A stretch of 64,000 nucleotides of DNA from Rapidithrix thailandica (lineage in GTDB: Bacteria; Bacteroidota; Bacteroidia; Cytophagales; Flammeovirgaceae). Of this stretch, positions 59,397 to 64,000 are shown in pieces. The position numbers were made by a program, and so were the translations under genes. Positions within the stretch are counted from its first letter, which is position 1. The number at the start of each line of letters is the position of its first letter. Under the pieces are notes generated by a model. That model ran no database searches. It had not been told where the DNA came from and worked only from the letters and a program-made list of their open reading frames with translations. The stretch is taken from positions 1 through 64,000 of the forward strand of contig NZ_JBDKWZ010000026.1 in assembly GCF_039710355.1 (NCBI RefSeq), in the 5' to 3' direction.

Positions 59397-59564
59397 ACAC
59401 CTGGAAAAACTGCCACAAATCACGTTTTGGGGAGAGTGTTTACAGAAGCGGTACTCCTCTGGCTGCGGAACAGTTTTATAGGATATTTCCTATACAGAAC
59501 ACCTATTCACCAAAGTAACAAAAGACCTTTCTTTGAGGCTTATAAAGCCAATCGCCTGTTGGTA

Positions 59565-59936
59565 CTATATATGTTGGTCAATCAAGAGGGCATTCCCATC
59601 CGGATCGATGACCATCAAGCTTGCAGGGCCGGAAGCTTGCTCATCAGCTTCATTTACCAGAGCAACTCCTTTGCTTTTAAGTTGGCGCTGAATCTCCCTG
59701 ATGTCATCAAACGTATCGAGGGGATTGGCATTTTCGTCCCAACCCGGATTAAAGGTGAGGATATTGTGTTCAAACATTCCCTGAAACAACCCGATCAAGG
59801 CCTTCTCGTTTTTCATGATGAGGTAATTTTGCTCAAGGTCACCGGCCAAGACCCGGAAGCCCAGGTTTTCATAAAACTGCTGAGAAGTCTTCAGATCTTT
59901 GACACTCAGACTTACGGAAAATGCTCCTAATTTCAT
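59565..59936 (-). CDS. VOC family protein (glyoxalase/bleomycin-resistance fold)
   Basis: 123 aa (MKLGAFSVSLSVKDLKTSQQFYENLGFRV...LMVIDPDGNALLIDQ). Confidence 0.8.
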   Translation of the reverse strand: MKLGAFSVSLSVKDLKTSQQFYENLGFRVLAGDLEQNYLIMKNEKALIGLFQGMFEHNILTFNPGWDENANPLDTFDDIREIQRQLKSKGVALVNEADEQASGPASLMVIDPDGNALLIDQHI

Positions 59937-60355
59937 AAGGACTATCTTTTAAGAATGAAGGGTAAAGCAATAAATGTATAAGCTCTCACATCCAATCAAG
60001 AAGGACTAAACACCTTTTCAATACGGAATAGTCAGTTGTTTACCTTAAGTTGTAGAATTATCTCAAACATGTCAAGCTTTCCCGGGCTATTAACAAGGCA
60101 GCCTGCCTTTTACAATCCTGCCGGACATTTTTCTGACATAGTGCCGTCAAGCATAGAAGTGTCTACTTCAAACTGACCTGTCCTAATATTGCCTTTCCCT
60201 CTGTTCCGGTTTTCAAAATATCCGGCAGTATGGAATTTTATCATAGCACTAATATTTTTAATAAAAAATCAACGAAGCTCCAAACCATCCGGGCAAAGCA
60301 AGGTTAATTATATACCTTACAATACTTATAAAGTATACATCACTCCTTTAGCCGT

Positions 60356-60550
60356 TTGACAAGCATTTTTTCAATAAACCCTGTAGAACTAATGATCAGC
60401 AAGTCACAGCTAGCCATGATGTACAAAGTAAGCTTGCCCACCATGCGCAAAATGCTAAGAGAACTGGGCTTTGAGAAAGGCAAACGCCTCTTCAAACCCA
60501 AAGATGTTGCCTTTATTATTCGACAATTCGGCCCTCCCAAAAACTCCTGA
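60356..60550 (+). CDS. DUF4248-like small protein (Bacteroidota-specific, often near mobile DNA)
   Basis: 64 aa. KSQLAMMYKVSLPTMRKMLRELGFEKGKRLFKPKDVAFIIRQFGPP fits the DUF4248 pattern (..LA..Y......R....LGF...R.F.P..V..I....G.P). Confidence 0.5.
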   Translation: MTSIFSINPVELMISKSQLAMMYKVSLPTMRKMLRELGFEKGKRLFKPKDVAFIIRQFGPPKNS

Positions 60551-60737
60551 AAGACCAAACCCTAATACAAGTCAATGATCACTCCCCCACCTTCCGGTTT
60601 TTTAAATTACCGGAAGGTGTTTTTTATATTATCTCTGGATCCAACTTTAGCCTCTTGAATTTTTGACATTCCATCGAGTGTTGAAAATGATACACTGAGG
60701 TTCCTGAAATGGGAATTTCCAGCCCAAAAGGTGAAAT

Positions 60738-61596
60738 ATGAAATTAAAAGACCGATTAAAAGGATGTTTGATCTGTGGAACTATTGGCAATGCAATTGGG
60801 GGAAAATTTGAAGGGACAAAATCGAACCCAGAAGTTCATTTTGACTTTGTTTGGTCTATTTCGGACGATACACAATTAACTGTAGCAACTTGCGAAGCCA
60901 TTTTTGACTCGCAAAAAATTCATCCGGAAAGGGTTGCCCAACAATTCCTGGAATGGTATAACAACGGCATGTTAACAGGGCTGGGGGCAAGTACATTAAA
61001 GGCCTTAAGAGAAGACATTGGGCCTTGGTAGGCCGTACAGGAGAGTTTGCAGCGGGCAATGGGGCAGCAATGAAAATAGCGCCTCTGGCTTTTAAACAAA
61101 AAGTCGATAGACTGGCAATTAAAGATGTCAGCAACATCACTCATAAAAATGACGAGGCCTATACAGGGGCATTAGCGATATACTATGCTATTTTGAATGC
61201 AATTAAGGGTAAATGGAAGGGAGATACTGATCTGATAGACTTGATCTTACCAGAGCTACCGGATACAAGGGTGAAAGACAGATTGATAGCTTTTAGCAAA
61301 TTTTCTGAAATGTCAATTCTACAAATAGGTAAAAGATTTCCGTCAACAGGGTATGTCGTTGATGCCGTCCCTATTGCGATATTCGCAGCACAACAAATCG
61401 GTAAAACAGAATTTAAAACCTTGATGACTGACTTGATCAAAATCGGGGGGATACGGATACGGTTTGCTCTATGACCGGCCAAATCATCGGGTCTTTAGGA
61501 GGTACTGGAATTATTCCGGAAGATTGGATGGACAAATACAAGCAACTTAAAATCTCCAAATTGATTGAACAATTGACAAATAATTGGAACTTTTAA
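60738..61596 (+). pseudogene. ADP-ribosylglycohydrolase (DraG/ARH family) gene split into three frames by two -1 frameshifts
   Basis: Frame 1: GCLICGTIGNAIGG...SDDTQLTVATCEA...GLGASTLKAL. Frame 2 from ~61000: GRTGEFAAGNGAAMKIAPLAF.... Frame 3 from ~61446: IGGDTDTVCSMTGQIIGSLGGTGIIPEDWM...*. The second shift is at a G6 run (atcggggggatacggatacg), where a G7 run would restore GGDTDT. Confidence 0.65.
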
Positions 61597-61685
61597 CCTA
61601 TCTATTTCAAACATATATAGTAGTTTTCTCAATACAAATCCTTATTATTTTCACTTTGCAATACAATCAAGTAACCACAGAAAAA

Positions 61686-62144
61686 ATGAAAACCAAAATC
61701 CTAATCGTATTCACAAGTCTTCTTCTCTTATGGGGATGTGGCAGGAAATACCCTCTTATGAAAATCAACCCGGGTAAGGAAGGAGGCATTTACGAAATCG
61801 CTAACCAGGGGAAAGAATATACTTCTTACAATCCTGAACAAACCTATCTTTTAAACCCCTCTACCTGTATTTCCTTTGCGGACTTCGAAAGTGTACAACA
61901 AGAAGACTCTCCGTATGAAGGTGGTAGCTATAGGTTCATTTTTAAACTCAATGAAACAGGCACCTTGAAATTTAAGGAATTTACTCAAAGAAACCTGGGA
62001 AAACAGGTCTGCCTGGTAGTTAATAACAAGGTCATCGTTGCTCCGGTTATTCAAGAAGTCATTCCCTCCGGGCTGTTGAGCATCAGTATGAGTGACCCTC
62101 AATATGTGGAAGAGATCAAAGAATATTTCAGCAAGAAAGAGTGA
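61686..62144 (+). CDS. lipoprotein, function unknown
   Basis: Start at internal MKTKILIVFTSLLLLWGCG (lipobox). ORF as given starts at 61584. Confidence 0.5.
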   Translation: MKTKILIVFTSLLLLWGCGRKYPLMKINPGKEGGIYEIANQGKEYTSYNPEQTYLLNPSTCISFADFESVQQEDSPYEGGSYRFIFKLNETGTLKFKEFTQRNLGKQVCLVVNNKVIVAPVIQEVIPSGLLSISMSDPQYVEEIKEYFSKKE

Positions 62145-62372
62145 TGGGCACTCCATTAAAGGTAAGAAGAATCATGAAAGCAAGGGAATAAACGGATACG
62201 GAATCACAATACCGTATAGGGTAAAATTCAAAAGGTCAATATAGATCACCTGTAGTTGGCCGGTATCCCACATTCAATGAGAAATATTCAAATCATTCGT
62301 TTGACTTCCATCCAAAAATCCTTTAGCTTATATAAAATTCAGATTTTCTTCACCCTACAGTAATCCTTCAAA

Positions 62373-63152
62373 ATGCCCCGTATCCATCTTTTTGAATTTG
62401 AAGATTTCGCTTGGTTTCCGGATAATCTAAGAAACTACGGAACGGATTTTTTGCAATTTCTGGCCAATAAAACACAGATGTACAAACCCATTATCCCGGT
62501 TCTTAAAAAAGGAATTGAGCAGAATGGCCGGCACCAAATCATCGACCTGGCTTCGGGGGGAGGTGGAGGCTTGCTATGGATCAGCGAACAATTGAAAGCG
62601 GAATTCCCGGATTTAAAAATTACTCTGACGGATTACTTTCCCAATCTGGATGCTTTTGAATTTACCAAAAGGCAATCTGCTGTTTTTGAATACATCCATA
62701 CCTCTGTGGATGCCCGCAAAGTGCCCGGCCATTTGAAAGGACTCCGGACACAATTTCTTTCCTTGCACCATTTCCGCCCGGAAGATGCCCGTAAAATTTT
62801 GCAAAATGCGGTGGACAGTCAAAGTGCCATTGCCGTATTCGAAGCCCAGGAAAGAAGCATTCCGAGTATGTTACCCATCTTCTTCTCTCCTCTGACCGTA
62901 TTTTTTACCACTCCCTTTATCCGTCCTTTTAAATTGGGCAGATTGTTTTTTACCTACTTGTTGCCTCTGGTGCCTATGTTCATTTGGTGGGATGGCCTTG
63001 TCTCTTCTTTAAGAACGTATTCGGTCAAAGAAATGGAAGCCTTAGTCAAACAGGTCCGCGGTCACGATACCTTCGATTGGGAAATTGGCCGGGTAAAGTC
63101 CGGTCCGGGGGCAATTTTATACTTATTGGGGACTTTAAAGCGGCAGGAATGA
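62373..63152 (+). CDS. hypothetical membrane-associated protein with SAM-methyltransferase-like glycine loop
   Basis: 259 aa. QIIDLASGGGGGLLWIS resembles methyltransferase motif I. Hydrophobic segments in the C-terminal half. Confidence 0.45.
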   Translation: MPRIHLFEFEDFAWFPDNLRNYGTDFLQFLANKTQMYKPIIPVLKKGIEQNGRHQIIDLASGGGGGLLWISEQLKAEFPDLKITLTDYFPNLDAFEFTKRQSAVFEYIHTSVDARKVPGHLKGLRTQFLSLHHFRPEDARKILQNAVDSQSAIAVFEAQERSIPSMLPIFFSPLTVFFTTPFIRPFKLGRLFFTYLLPLVPMFIWWDGLVSSLRTYSVKEMEALVKQVRGHDTFDWEIGRVKSGPGAILYLLGTLKRQE

Positions 63153-63616
63153 TGCGCAAATGGTCCACGAATAGTTCTTCCCGTTTGGCTAAATCAATTT
63201 AATCCCACTCCCCAACTTGCCTCACCGGGTAGTTCACTTCCTTTCGGAGCAAGGTTTTCCGGAGCTATGTAATACGCTACCCCCCTCTTTGAAATCTAAT
63301 ATGGAAAGATAAACTAACTACTTTTCAAAAGGGCCCACCATCCCAATTGCTACCCTGTCAGTTTCTCAATAGTCGCCTATTTTAAACAGGTCCTTCCCAT
63401 GCGTTTCAAAGTGATATTCCAATAATGAAGTGAATTAAACTTTTTCTTTTTCCTAAAAAATGTTTCAAAAACGCCTCCTCTGTGTTACTTTTTTCAACAA
63501 TAGCTTTGGCTATTCTCTCCAAAAAGTGCCTTGATGAGCCGATTTTGATTCTATTTTCGGTCAAAAACTATAAGTTTAAATCACTTCAATGTTAAAATGC
63601 TAATGTCTTTACATCC

Positions 63617-63979
63617 TTATTTTAAGATGACAGCAAACAAGGCAAGTAATGCGGGAAGTGCCTGTACAAAAAAGATTTTTTTATCGGCTGTTGCTGTGCC
63701 ATACAAACCGGCTACCGAGACACAACCCAAAAAGAAAAGAGAAACATTCGTTTGCCACTCCGGATTCTCAATAAAAAAAGTCCAGATCAGCCCTGCGGCT
63801 AAAAAGCCATTGTAAAGCCCCTGATTGGCTGCCAGCACTTTCGTAGACTCGAACAATTCAGCCGGAAAACGTTTGAAGATTTTCCTTCCTTTGGTATTCC
63901 AGGCAAACATCTCAAACCATAAGATGTAACAATGAATTCCTGCAATTAAACCAATTAACATTTTACTAATCAATTCCAT
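63617..63979 (-). CDS. DUF1304 family membrane protein
   Basis: 120 aa, four TM helices (MLIGLIAGIHCYILWFEMFAW...). Confidence 0.7.
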   Translation of the reverse strand: MELISKMLIGLIAGIHCYILWFEMFAWNTKGRKIFKRFPAELFESTKVLAANQGLYNGFLAAGLIWTFFIENPEWQTNVSLFFLGCVSVAGLYGTATADKKIFFVQALPALLALFAVILK

Positions 63980-64000
63980 TTTTTCATTTTTTAAAAGGAG

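Noticed and set aside
59427-59930. 167-aa plus-strand ORF
   Set aside because: It overlaps almost entirely the minus-strand VOC gene 59565..59936, which has a clear family match. The plus-strand translation has no recognisable features.

Overview
The window looks like a Bacteroidota chromosomal segment. The evidence is an ECF sigma/FecR anti-sigma pair driving a SusC/SusD pair with glycoside hydrolases, lipoproteins with Bacteroidota-style signal peptides, and a DUF4248 gene. Roughly in order it contains: (i) a three-gene plus-strand cassette (3886-11708) of a YqiJ/NfeD-like membrane protein, a 685-aa flotillin (YqiK-like SPFH protein) and a 1638-aa giant protein whose C-terminal ~350 aa form a P-loop AAA+ (MoxR/AAA_5-like) ATPase module. 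It is preceded by a ~1.1-kb AT-rich non-coding gap and followed by an array of a 92-bp unit repeated 6.3 times. This is the most likely candidate for an uncharacterised system. (ii) An accessory-looking block of small detox/stress genes (SDR, Crp, GNAT, cupin, AraC, VOC, DHFR-like, NQO-like, alpha/beta hydrolase). It includes a rearranged adaptive-response cluster (Ada Zn-domain alone, AraC-HTH::MGMT fusion, AlkB and a second 2OG-Fe(II) oxygenase). (iii) Tandem paralogous beta-helix-like proteins, a DUF4291-like gene and a TPR-CHAT protease with a C-terminal membrane anchor, next to dprA. (iv) A modA-mop-modB-modC molybdate transporter. (v) An ECF-sigma/anti-sigma/SusC(STN-domain)/SusD polysaccharide utilisation locus with an SGNH esterase, a beta-helix protein, a GH29 alpha-L-fucosidase and a DUF4038/GH140-like hydrolase, followed by two TonB-C-like mini-proteins. 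(vi) A gene-decay zone with several disrupted genes: two ORFs with true in-frame TAG codons (YdeI-like, SnoaL-like) and two genes broken by -1 homopolymer deletions (GNAT, ADP-ribosylglycohydrolase), plus a ~135-bp palindromic iteron-like element. No rRNA, tRNA, CRISPR or transposase/integrase genes were recognised.
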